A DNA stretch of 47,640 nt from Cirrosporium novae-zelandiae (taxonomy: Eukaryota). The notes beneath the pieces were generated by a model. It ran no database searches. It was not told the DNA's origin and saw only the letters and a program-made list of their open reading frames with translations. Below are positions 11,449-23,264 of this stretch, piece after piece; position 1 is the stretch's first letter, and each line of letters begins with the position of its first letter. The position numbers and the translations under genes are program-made. Location of the stretch: contig JAPETS010000078.1 in the NCBI GenBank assembly GCA_026023565.1, positions 1-47,640 of the forward strand, given 5' to 3'.

Positions 11449-13431
11449 ACTGAAGTCTAGTCTAGCTTGCTGCCCTCACAAATTCTCCTTCCAAGCAATC
11501 GTTATCCCAGATTCAACAGCACGACTCTATCATGGCCTCTAGCGCAAAATTGATATGACTCCAAGTTCTATCAATAACAATTGAACTTTTGTTCCGAGCC
11601 CCTCGGAATATGATGAATGCTTTAAGGCTAGGGAGGGGATGTAACTAGAGTCGGGTCTGTATATGGGCTAGACAGTAGCGTTTTGAAGAGATACGGCGTT
11701 CGCCTTCGGGTTGTGGAAATCTGGTAAAGGATATGGATCTTAGGCACAGACACAGGTGCAAATATTCCACCGGTGGATTTGTTGAAATGGAAGGTAGTAA
11801 TTTGGGGAAATTTTAGGGAGCGGGATAGAGAATGAGAGACCAAAAAGAGGAAAATGACGATGAATATTTGTTCTGTGGTATCAACATATCTCAATTCGGT
11901 ATATCCTCCAGTTTTCTTCCTCTTTTTTTTTCTGGCAAGCTATGATAGTTAGTAAATGGATGTGGAGTAAGATTTTCTGCCAAGGCTCGGACCAATCGTG
12001 AAAGCTTCGCCGACTTCAAATTCTCGGGTGCCACGGTGCGTATTGATGCCTCAGTTTTCAGGTGGTGAAGTCAAAAGTGAAAGGCTTTTTTCACAAGCAA
12101 CAAGCAAACTTGGCAATTGCTTATCAGTTTTAATTAAACTAACCCTCCACCACTATGCAGTACAATACTACGTACACAATAAGATGTAAGTAATTAATAT
12201 ATGTAAGTAATGTTTAACTCTTATCAACGGGAGGAACCGCTGCAACTCACTGTCTGTCTTGTCTGTCTTGTTTCCCAGTCACAATGCCTCACAATGCCTC
12301 ATAATTACTTTCTAATTGCTTCATCCTTGATGCATACTATTTTCTCCATTGTGGTTTGTTCAAGGTTTCAAGACATTCTTGAGATATTCTCATCCAGTCA
12401 AGGTGGACTTGGCAGTCCTGATTATACCATGGCCCATGAAAGTGGTCGTGTGCACCGTTTGATTGCCCCGCCAGGTTAAGATAAGCTCCTAGCGAATGAC
12501 AAGACCAGTAGTAGACTACGCATAGCCATCTGCTTTGTGCTCGAGTACTCCTGAAATAGTCTAACTTGATATAATTAACTCATTTAGGGGTTTAATATCT
12601 TGTAGGTAATTATCTGATGCATGCAATACGCATTCGAAGACCCTCCAATAACCCCCCCACCATATTATCGCGTCTTGTTCCTTGCCCATTTCTTGCAATC
12701 ATTTTCATGTCCCCCCCACATTGGTTTCTGGAACTTCCTTTCAAGGATCATCTCCTTTCTTGACTTCTCCTTCCACCATTCACCTATCATGTATACAAAT
12801 CGGCACTAAATGCTATGACGTCTCTCCATTCTGATTGATCGTTTCCAATTACAAGAGTTACAATGGTCCGCAGACCGTCTGTTGTTAGATCAGGTACCTG
12901 CTCTCTTGGGGCAAAGATCGCCCTCGGCATTCTAAGGACGTGTAGAGCTTAACTTGAATCCACCTCTATACGTCCACATCATTCTCGTACTCTTCTACGT
13001 GTGTCGGAGACAACACACTCCAATTTCCTGGTCGGGTGACCGTTGCATTTCCTGAAGTTTGTCCATGAACAATAGCTAGTAAATGAACCAATTCATAGAA
13101 GAATCACTTCATCGGCCATTTTCTACTGTGATAATTGGCTCTGGTTGGTAACTTGCATGATTTCCGTGATTTGCTTTGAAGTGAGCCATGTTACCTTTCC
13201 TTATCGGTGCACTGTCTTCTATGCATGGTTTCTGCACCGTGCAATATGTTATTCCTCCTATAATCTACTCGAGTATCCTTCTTTGCGTCTTCTACCTGTA
13301 TAGTCCTAATTAACATGAATTATACTGGCTGATCTTCATCTAGGCAATGGGATTGGCTCACTTGGCAAATTAGACAGTAGATCTATCTTGATCTATGCGT
13401 TGATAAACACAGTCCCACGAGTCGTGGTCAC

Positions 13432-13439
13432 TATATAAA
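13432..13439 (+). promoter_or_regulatory. TATA box of aspartic protease gene
   Basis: TATATAAA about 90 bp upstream of ATG 13529. Confidence 0.55.
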
Positions 13440-13528
13440 CATACCAGGAAGCTATTGGGATGTTTCCTCTCAGAGAATCATCATTCTTTAATCTGTCTAA
13501 GTTCTATCAGACCTGAACCCTAGTCGTC

Positions 13529-14897
13529 ATGCTTGCCAACATTCTCGTGGCTGTAGCTGCAGCCTATGCCTCAGTCTCTCTTGCCGCACCAGCCCCTCCT
13601 ATCGATAGCAGATCTTCAGGGGTATCATTCACCCTCAATCAGGTGTCCAGAGGCAAGGTCAGAAAGATCCCAGCCATCGAAAGACAGAAAACGTACCGCA
13701 AGTTCAACACAACTGTCCCGGCCAAAATCAAAGCTGCCGCAGTTTCTGCTGCTGCCGCCGCTGAATCGGGACAAGTTACTGCTACACCAGAAGAGTATGA
13801 CGAGGCCTATTATTGCCCTGTAACCGTTGGTTCAGATACCTTAGAATTGGACTTCGACACTGGTTCTGCCGATCTGTGCGTATCTATTCTAGGTTTGCTG
13901 TATGTTTAATATGTATCTGACAAGTTCACAGATGGGTTTTCTCTAGCGAACTCTCGACATCTGAGAGTTCAGGCCATTCTATTTATACTGCAGGCTCAAG
14001 TGCTACTAAGATGAATGGTTACACATGGTCTATCACGTATGCAGATGGTACTGGTGCTGCTGGTGATGTGTACAAGGACACTGTTGCTATTGGCGGTGTT
14101 ACCGTAACTAGCCAAGCTGTTGAAGCCGCAACCTCAGTTTCTTCTGACTTCATTGAAGACACTGACCTTGATGGGCTTGTTGGTCTTGGTTTTGACACCA
14201 TCAATCAAGGTAGGTTTGGTATCACAATTAGACTAACATGACTAATGGGGAATAGTCTCGCCCACCGCACAAGCGACCTGGTTTGACAATGTTCAGGACT
14301 CATTAGCATCGCCTGTTATCTGTGCTAACCTGAAGTACCAGGAAGCTGGTAGCTACGACATTGGATTTATTGATACCACTGCCTACACTGGATCACTGAC
14401 CTATGTTTCTGTTATTGATAGCGATGGCTACTGGGGATTCACAAATACCGGTTATGCTATCGGCAGTGGCACCTACTCTACCGTCTCCGAATACTCTATT
14501 GTTGACACTGGCACAACCCTGATTTACGTCTCAGACACAATTGTAAATGCCTATTACAAAAAGGTCACTGGTTCAGAATACGATCGATCCGAAGAGGCAT
14601 ACGTATTTCCTTGCTCAGCAGACCTCCCTGATCTTGTCTTAGGCTTTGGAACATACAAATCCACCGTACCTGGAGAATACCTCAACTACGCATCTCTTGG
14701 AAGTGGCTGTAAGTCAACGCTAGTCCTACACTACCTGAATTCAAACTAACTTGCATAATCCAGACTGCTATGGCGGCATCCAATCGAACTCTGGTCTCGG
14801 TCTCTCCATCTTCGGTGATGTCTGGATCAAATCCCAGTACGTCGTTTTCAACAAAGGCGAAACCACAATGGGAGCTGCCGCAAAAAGCTCTTCTTAA
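13529..14897 (+). CDS. Secreted pepsin-family (A1) aspartic protease, aspergillopepsin/penicillopepsin-like (~403 aa; exons 13529-13875, 13932-14209, 14256-14708, 14764-14897)
   Basis: Signal peptide, basic propeptide, catalytic motifs [11 protein letters not shown] and IVDTGTTL, flap WSITYADG, C-terminal CYGGIQS...SIFGDVWIK. Three GT-AG introns keep the frame. Confidence 0.93.
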
Positions 14898-15758
14898 GTG
14901 ATACAATAAAAAAGGAGGAGGATAACATATATGAGCTCCAACTGCTGTCATGATCACCAGGGGTTGATGCTAGAGTTTTTATAGCTGCATGCACATTTCG
15001 GATTCATCTTGGGCTATACAGACAAGAATCAAATATAGATGGGGAAACCAGATGTACCTAATGGGTTTGCCTTTCAAGATTTGTACAGTATAAGTAACTC
15101 CCACAATAATAAGAGAAATGTTTATGCAAATAATTTTTACATGTGCTCGTAGCTAGTCGTCCATAGTAGCTGTGTCACATGCTCGGAGAATAATTAAGGT
15201 TAAATCCTATTGTTATCAAGTGGAATGAAGAGAGACACACACGAGAGGTATCATCTACATGGTGGATAGAATTATGTTCAGATTTCTTGTTTTCGATCAT
15301 TCCCTCTGGCTTCTTACCGGACATGATGCCATAATGAGTAATCAAGATATGGCCGTGGATCAAGCTCGGGGCTACTACCATACTAGGCTGATCTACGTAT
15401 AGCATGTACCACAAATAGCAAGGGGGCTACGAGTTTCTTGCTTCCTTTGACAGGTCTTCCGTCAGCTAAATTATCTGTATTGATTAATTTATTATTCTAT
15501 ATAACAGTCCTTCTAGAAACCAGCATATTCAACCTTTGTCCATTTTGTTGATACCATGTTTAATTGGCGTCCTCTTTTCTAGCGTGCCTTGATATTGTAT
15601 TTCAGTTTTAAATTGGCAATTCGGTTCCTTGGTTGAGTATTTATAGTAAGTCCTTTCTCCATGCTTTTGCTCCATGGGTTGGTTATACTGACGTTAGGAC
15701 TGTGTCCCAAGTATGATGATGTTGTCCCAACCCAATCAATTATCCTTTTGTTAATGTC

Positions 15759-18700
15759 ATGGATTGGTCTCTCCACCTTTCGCTCTGCCTGCTCCTCCTA
15801 GGGACCTCCATTATTTCTACCACGATTGACAAGGCATATATTGTCCAATTGCCTATCCAATCAACTGTATTCGTGTTATGTCTTCTAGGAGTGGCTTTAA
15901 TCACCCTCGGCCGAAAGTCCTCTTATTTAAGACCTCAGGCTTATGAGTCGTTGCCACTCGACGATAGAGATCTATCACAGTCATCACGTTCCTCCTCCCC
16001 CGCGCCTAGGAAACTCCCGGAACGGCATACCCTCAGTAATCGGCAACTGCGAGCATTGTTTATGTTCACAATTGTTGGGTTGGTTGTGAGATTGGATATT
16101 TCAAGGCGAATATTCCAACAAGTACAATGCGCTCAATCAAACATAGAGGTTTTGATACTACCCCCGTTAGCCGGCTATGACTTTTGGCGCCACAAGAGAT
16201 GGATAAAAATCGTTGAAGAAAGCGAACCGGATGAGAGTGCATATGAAGCTCTTGTGCGCAGGCTCAGAGGCAGTCGTTTCCGCTATGTTGTGTCGGCTTT
16301 GATCCTGAGTTACGCAAGTTTACAAATTGCTTTAATCGCTTCGGGAACGCGGTCAACGTACATATGCCTAACTGCCGAAGCAAGGATGATCCATTCTCTG
16401 CAATGGGTCGGACTGGCATTGGACTATCTCATTTTCATTGCCGTTAACGAGTTGATCGGGAAACATTCTTGCGGCGACTCCAATGGAAGGATTAATCGAT
16501 CTATATCTATTTTGGGCTGGATATTGGTTATCACGGCCATCACCATCTTCATGGCTTGCCTTGTCACATTTATTCTTAAACCTGATAACGGAGCATGGTT
16601 TATATCTTTTCCAAAGCCATATTTAGCATCGCTTATCAAGTATACTATCATGTTAATTGCGACCGTACTGTCGGCATGCCATCTAGTAAGTAGCAATATT
16701 ATTTCTTTCAGCGTCTTTAATCAGGCAAACCGGGTCAGATTTAATCTGCCAATGGGGCTTAAAACTAGAAATGAGATGACTAGAAGACCATTTGTGGGAA
16801 TTGAGACAAGCTTAACTCCTTCCGGCGTGTAGCAAAACCGAATCAATTAGGCATGAGCCCAGCTAACATTAGATTTTAGTTACAACGTGTCGGCGCTTTG
16901 GAATTAACAACAATAACGGTCGCAACCTATACTTTAGTGATAGGAATAACTTACATGTGGCGCAATAGCTATCCATTCCCATCAATTCCATCAGGTGCAG
17001 CTTTCTTGTCCATATTTTTGATCATGGTAGCCATGACTACATTTTCTGCTGCGCGAACTGTTGAATCTAGATACCGAAACCATGTTCTTTTGCCTTCATG
17101 GTTCCACACTCTCATCATGTTCGGGGTCCTTTCAGGGCTTATTATTTCTTTGCGGGCAAGCAAACGTGCTGCTTACCATCCAATAGACCTTCTTATATTT
17201 CAGGCCAAAGCGCAACATGAAGATTGGGCCAAGCAAGCTTCTGTAAGCCAGACTTTAGAGGAAGCGATCATAGAGTACCGTAGGAGGTATCGGAAGAATC
17301 CACCACCCGGGTTCGATGACTGGTATAACTTTGCCATATCCCGGTCTTCAGCCGTCATTGATGATTACGACCAGATACACAATGACCTGCTACCATTCTG
17401 GGCCATGAATCCAAGTGATATTCGTGAACTAACTTGGCAGATCACTTCAAACCCCTGGAATGAGATATTCGCAATAAATATCCGCAACGGGAAGGCCGAG
17501 GTCAATCCAAGTGTGATACCAACTCATCGGTGGATGCTTCTTGGCGTGGCATCAATGATAAATCAGTTCGCTCAATACCTCCCAGATATGGATCTCGCAT
17601 TCAATATCAATGACGAAAGCCGTGTCGCAGTGCCTTACGAGGAGCTACAGCAACTTCGGTCGAAAGGTAAGAAGGCTGCTGAGACGTCTGTAGAGGAGGA
17701 GGAGGAGGAGAACCCCTGGAAAGTAGTTACTCGCAGCGCCAGCAAATTCAGCCAAGGGCGAAACCAAACCTGGAAACCCATCGGCCAAGAAATCACAGAC
17801 ACGGTATTCTCAGACCACTCCTTCCACGACACCTTCTCGAAATACGCGAGAGAAAGCTGTCCCCCAAACTCCCGGGCCCGCAAAGAATACAGATGGGATG
17901 TCGGCCAGCTCTGCACCACCTGCGCCCACCCGCACTCCCTAGGCCAATTCCTCCAAAACTGGACTCTCGCCGCGTCCCCCTGCCACCAGCCCGACCTTGC
18001 CAGCCTTCACGGCTTTTTCACCAGCCCCGCCGCCTTCAAAACAACGCAAAAGCTGGTGCCGGTCTTCAGCCAGAGTAAAGTGGGCTCCTACAACGACATC
18101 CTGTACCCGTCCGCCTGGAATTACCTCGACAAGGTCAAATACGCGCCCACGGACGCCCACCCGGATAGGGCCTACTTCGACAAGCAAAACACGCTTTTCT
18201 GGCGGGGCGCCACATCCGAGGGTGTCTCCATCGACGGCACATGGCGCGGCATGGTCCGCCAGCGGCTTGTCCATCTCGCAAACAACCTCACATCCTCCGA
18301 CCTCATCCCGCTACTAATCCTCTCGTCCTCGCACCACGGCAAGCTCTCCTACCACTCCATCCCAGGCCCTGCCCTCCAACGTCTCTTCTCCACCGACATC
18401 CACCTCGCCGACCACATTGCCCGATGCCGAGCCACAGACTGCCAAGCCGAAGCCTCAGAACTCGGCCTCGTCCCCGCCATCGATTTCCAGGACCACTGGA
18501 ACTACCGTTACCTCTTCGACCTCGACGGCGCCGGTTTCTCCGGCCGCTTCCTCCCCTTCCTCCGATCAAACTCCATCCCCTTCAAATCCGCCCTCTTCCG
18601 CGAGTGGTACGATGCCCGCGTCACCGCGTGGTGGCACTTCGTGCCCCAGGACGTGCGTCTGCAGGGTGTGCACTCCACGCTCGCTTACTTTGCTGGTGTT

Positions 18701-18910
18701 GAGGGCTCCGCTAGGTTGGATGGCGGGGGGGCTGAGAGGGATGTTAGTCTGGGCGCGCATGTCAAGGAGGGCGAGATGATTGCTGAGGCTGGCAGGGAAT
18801 GGGCGAATAAGGCGCTTCGGAAGGAGGATATGGAGGTTTATTTCTTTCGGTTGTTGTTGGAGTGGGGGAGGTTGACGGATGATCTTAGGGATCAGATTGG
18901 GTTTCATTAG
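15759..18910 (+). CDS. Glycosyltransferase family 90 (CAP10/Cxt1-like xylosyltransferase) with multi-TM N-terminus (~985 aa; exons 15759-16685, 16880-18910)
   Basis: HPIDLLI, EYRRRYRKNPPPGFDDWY, LPDMDLAFNINDESRV, LFWRGATSEG and YRYLFDLDGAGFSGRFLPFLRS are CAP10/GT90 hallmarks. Intron GTAAGT...GCTAAC...TAG joins the two ORFs in frame. Confidence 0.88.
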
Positions 18911-19655
18911 GTGTAGAGGGGGTGAGTGGTTGGGGAGTGGGAGGGGGGGTCTGGCGTTGAGGGGGGTGGGTTTTTTTTATATCATATCATATTGAGGAGA
19001 GGTTGGATGCATATATAACAGATATATAGATAGATATACATATATACATACATACATATGGGCATGGTCTTGTTGGAGAGGAGTCTTTTGATCACCGGGG
19101 GGGGGTGAGGTCAAGGAGGATACCGAGTTTACCGTATATCTTACAGCACTCGCTCTTGTTCCTATATCATATCATATAATAGATCATATATCAATCATAC
19201 TGCCAATAATACACGTATAATATGAATTTTTGAATGAAATTTGATTAGATCATACTCAAGAAGAAATAATCACGCGTAGTATATAGTCTAGATATTTCAT
19301 TTGATTTCATTTAATTTTATTCATGATGCTACAGGGGTTGAATAGTCGGGTTCGACTCAGCAATTATCAACCAAAATCAAACCAACCAAAGTCTTGTCAA
19401 CTTCCAAGGCCCATTCCACTCCTGAGAGTAAGCAAGCAAAAGAAAGGTTCATTTACAAAAACACCCAATTTGTTCGATCCCAAACTGCACCCATCCATTC
19501 ATCCGTTCGCATCCTTGCTTGCTTATAATGCTAAACCAATATCCTGCCCCATCTCGTTCTTACCGAGATGCGGATGACTTATTGGTCATGCTCCTTCTCT
19601 AATCTACACGTACAGCGCGATAGATAGTCAATGCCGCGATCATAAATAGCATTAT

Positions 19656-21772
19656 CTATGCATCTGGCAGATCCAATTTTGGGGTAACTCCCTTTATACG
19701 GCCAATAACGATTTGAGGAGCATATTTGGGGATTACTTCATCGTCATGCAGCATCTCAAACTCCTCTGAGGCATCTCTGCCCATGTGACTGAAAAGAGCT
19801 TGGGGGCCGCCTGGGTGTTCGTCTACCCAGTTGGTTAAATCCATGACGAGTCCCTTGACGACAACCCACATATCCTCTTTCTTGTTATGCTTCTGGACTT
19901 CTTCCATTGTAAACTCCTTCTCTGGGATCTTGAAGTCGGCGATCGAGTTAGGCTTGCTCACTTTCCCGGGGTCTTTGGAGTCGGAATCGTCTTTCATAAT
20001 GGGAGCGGCTGACTGTTGGGATTGTTGTGAAATAGCTGTGGCGGATTGTGCACCTGCGCCGGGAGAAGCGCCACTTCCCCATTCTACAGAGATTCTGCCT
20101 GGCATCGAGGGGTCAATATGTAAAGATATTTGACCGAGACGCTCAGCAGCTGTAGAAGGACCGCCACCAGCAGAGAGCACCTTTTGGAAGAGATATTGGC
20201 TCGCAGAGTCACCAGCAACACGACCGTAGACAACACAGCCAAGCAGCGATGAACCACCCAATCTATTGGCGCCATGAACACCGCCTGCAAGTTCACCGCA
20301 AGCATAGAGACCCTCGAATGCTTGCTGCTCTTTGTTGAGAACTTCAGCGCGCGAGTTGATTTCGATGCCACCCATGGTGAAGTGAAGGACTGGTTCCATG
20401 ACAGCAACATGGAAGGTGTCGTCAATATTAAAAGGCAAGTTGTGGAAATATTTTTTGCCGAAAGGATCTTTCTTTTTGCCAGCGGCGATGTCGTTGTATT
20501 CGGAGAAGGACCTTGAGAGAGCTTGCTCGCCACATCCTATCTCCTTAGCGAGTTCCTTGCCAGTCATCTTCTTCATGAGACCACGGCCCGAGTAATGTCG
20601 GGTGTGGAAGTCGAGGACGTTAGAAGCTTTGGAATTTAGGACTAGGCGAATGGGCCAAGTGCCCTTTTCCTTTTCTTTCCACATCTCACCAGATACATAA
20701 TCACGGTGGCCAAGATCATCGGCGAATCGCTCGCCATTCTTATTAAGAAGAATACCACCCTCACCACGGAGGGCTTCAGCAGCCAAAAATTTCCACTTTG
20801 AACCAGGGTCTTTGGGGTCTACCAAACCAGTAGGATGCACTTGCACCTTGTCCATGTCGATACCATTAGCTCCGATTGCCATGAGCATCTTTTGACCATC
20901 GCCAGTTGCATGTGTTCCGTTTGTGGTAGCAAGGCCAAATGTGTCTGGCCTCCACTTCTTCAACAATGAGCCTTCTTCTGAGAAATCGGCGGCATATCCA
21001 CCGGTTGCGAGGATGACTACACCGTCGACAGACTTTTCTTCACCGTTATATTCATATTTGACGCCAGTGGCTTGGTTTCCTTGCTTGTTTATGGAGATCA
21101 CTCGTGCCTTTTTGATGACCTGGACCCGGTCTGGGTCACTCTCGGTAAGTTCTTCTAACCGTTGCATTAATGCATATGTGATGGCCATGCCGGGGAATTT
21201 AGCATCATGGCCTCGATGGGTCCGAGGGAAAGAGTGACCTCTATATAAATATTAGTACCAGAAAGGCAAAAAGCGACAGGCAAAATCCAAACTCACCCCA
21301 ATCGAGATACTAGAGTGAGGTCGAGGTTGAAGACATCTTGTAGCCACTCAACGGCCGCGGCAGATTTATAGGTGAGAACTTTTATCAGGTCTGGTCTCGC
21401 CTGATCTCGAGCCGATTTGAGAGTATCATTATAGAAAGCTTGAACACTATCCCCGATCTTTGCATCTATCTGTGTCCGGGTAAGGGCGCCGTTAATCCCA
21501 GAGGTTGCCTTTGTTGAGTTGCCGCCAAAAAAGTCTATATTAAAGCTAGTTAACAACTATTTTCATAGATAATTAGGAGCTATGTATTGCAAGCAAATAC
21601 TCACTATTCTTATCCAGCAATAAAACATTGCCTCCATTCAGGTAGACGGTGTGGGCAGCACTTAGACCGGATACTACGAGGAAAATGTCAGCATTACAAG
21701 CTAAGCATGTCAAAGCCGAGGAAGAAGCTCACATCCACCACCAACAACAATGACTCTTGGACGACCTTCCAT
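19656..21772 (-). CDS. Soluble FAD-dependent fumarate reductase (Osm1/Frd1-like) with C-terminal cytochrome b5 domain (~643 aa; exons 21772-21733, 21673-21605, 21534-21297, 21240-19656)
   Basis: Spliced N-terminus MEGRPRVIVVGGGLSGLSAAH, GGNSTKATSGING, RLGGHSFPRTHR, QVHPTG, EALRGEGG, HFTMGG, GVHGANRLGGSSL; b5 domain EEVQKHN...EHPGG...EMLH. Confidence 0.93.
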
Positions 21773-22178
21773 TATGATGATATTAGAAATTGAGATGGGG
21801 AAGAAATGGGAAGAGGTAGTAGAGTTCCTTTCTTTCTTGGGGGTCTATCTGAAGAGATGAAAAGGAAGAGAAAAGAAAGAGAGAAAGTTGGAAGGAAGTT
21901 GAAGAATGGGCGGATTATTAGCGGATTATATTTCTGGTTCAGATGATTGGGGCAGATGGATGGATGGGGGTCTGAATGCACCGAATGCACTAGGAGTAAG
22001 AATGGCGGGGAACAAATGAGCCGAGGCAATGGGCTGATCTGGGGTTTGGCGTTAATAGTAAGCGGTAGTGCTAAGTTATAGTCAGTCACGGCCAGTCACA
22101 GCCAGCCAGCTACAAACAAAGCAATGAAGTCACTGAACCGCTTGAGAAGGTCAGAAAAGTTGCCTCCTCTAGCCATAC

Positions 22179-22536
22179 GGCTATTGATTTGTTATTGCGC
22201 TTATTGACCCGGCTATTGATTCGGAAAAACAACGACCGACTCAATTGCCGACACCACGAATATGAAATTAAATATTGGGAAAGCTGGTGGCTATTGGAAA
22301 GCTGATGGCTATTGACGAAAGCCCATCAACATTTTCGATCCAACCCACGTATGGCCGCTGTGTTATCGGTACCCGCCGAGGATATCATACTAGAAGGTCC
22401 GATCGGCCTCAAAAATTTCACTCTAGGTTCTCACCGTACCAAATATAAAAAAATAAAAGATGAAAAAAAAAGCAATTGTACATCAAAGCAAAAGGTACAA
22501 AAGTAAATTGTATACTTCCGACAAAAGTCAATAGCC
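22179..22536. promoter_or_regulatory. Cluster of five GGCTATTG motifs upstream of the fumarate reductase gene
   Basis: Copies at 22179, 22211, 22289, 22307 (+) and 22529-22536 (-). Regulatory role is inferred. Confidence 0.45.
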
Positions 22537-23264
22537 GGTCGATTGGCAGTGGAGAAATCCATCCAGCTTCGAGGAACATGGTTTGAACAGGGTCAGAATT
22601 ATAGTAGCCTTAAAAATACTAAACCTCGCTCAACCCTCCGATACCAGGGGTGTGTTGTCGGCAAAATCGTGGTGGCTCTAGTCCCACTGTCGCCGCTAAG
22701 ATGCAAGATTGTGAGGTGGTTTATTAGGCAAACTCACATGCACTTCGGTAGCCCTTCAGGATGCTTGGATTTCTGGTAAAGTTTGAGCTGGGAATTTTTG
22801 GTACGAGTGGCATGAATTTGGCATTGTCGAGGACTCGGTCGCCGTGGGGTACGAGTAAGCATAAAAAGCATGTGAATGTGCCTTTCGTCCATCAGCTTCC
22901 AACTATTGCTACAACCGAGTTAATCGAGTTTCCATCAGCTTTGGAATGAAGCTCATCTGGTTGGACTTTTCTTTTTTTACCTCCGCGGCGTCACCTGCCA
23001 GTGCCACGCTTATCCCCTGTGCCATAAAGTATAAGAATGCCTACCTATCAAAGCAAGGTGGTTTTATGGCGGTCTACAACTATGAGCCGACTGCGGATAG
23101 ATGTTATCTGACAGAAATAAAGCTGTCGACTTATGATTATCAATTAATTTATAACAATAGTTATCTACTAAATGGTATCTTTCACCAAGCCATCCGTTCC
23201 CAGAAATCCCCCGGATGCATCATTCAAAAACGCATACCGAAATCAATATTCAAGTTGTCAATCG

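Noticed and set aside
11940..11955. TACTAAC...TAG on the minus strand upstream of KRE33 (possible 5' UTR intron or snoRNA host)
   Set aside because: No convincing donor and no clear C/D box pair found.
17635..18907. Many overlapping alternative-frame and antisense ORFs in the GT90 gene
   Set aside because: Explained by locally high GC and codon bias; the translations are low-complexity.
22540..23260. Possible snRNA or small gene (Sm-like AATTTTTGG near 22793; 164-aa ORF)
   Set aside because: No U1, U2, U4 or U5 hallmark sequence recognised and the ORF lacks protein-like features. An Rfam cmscan would be decisive.
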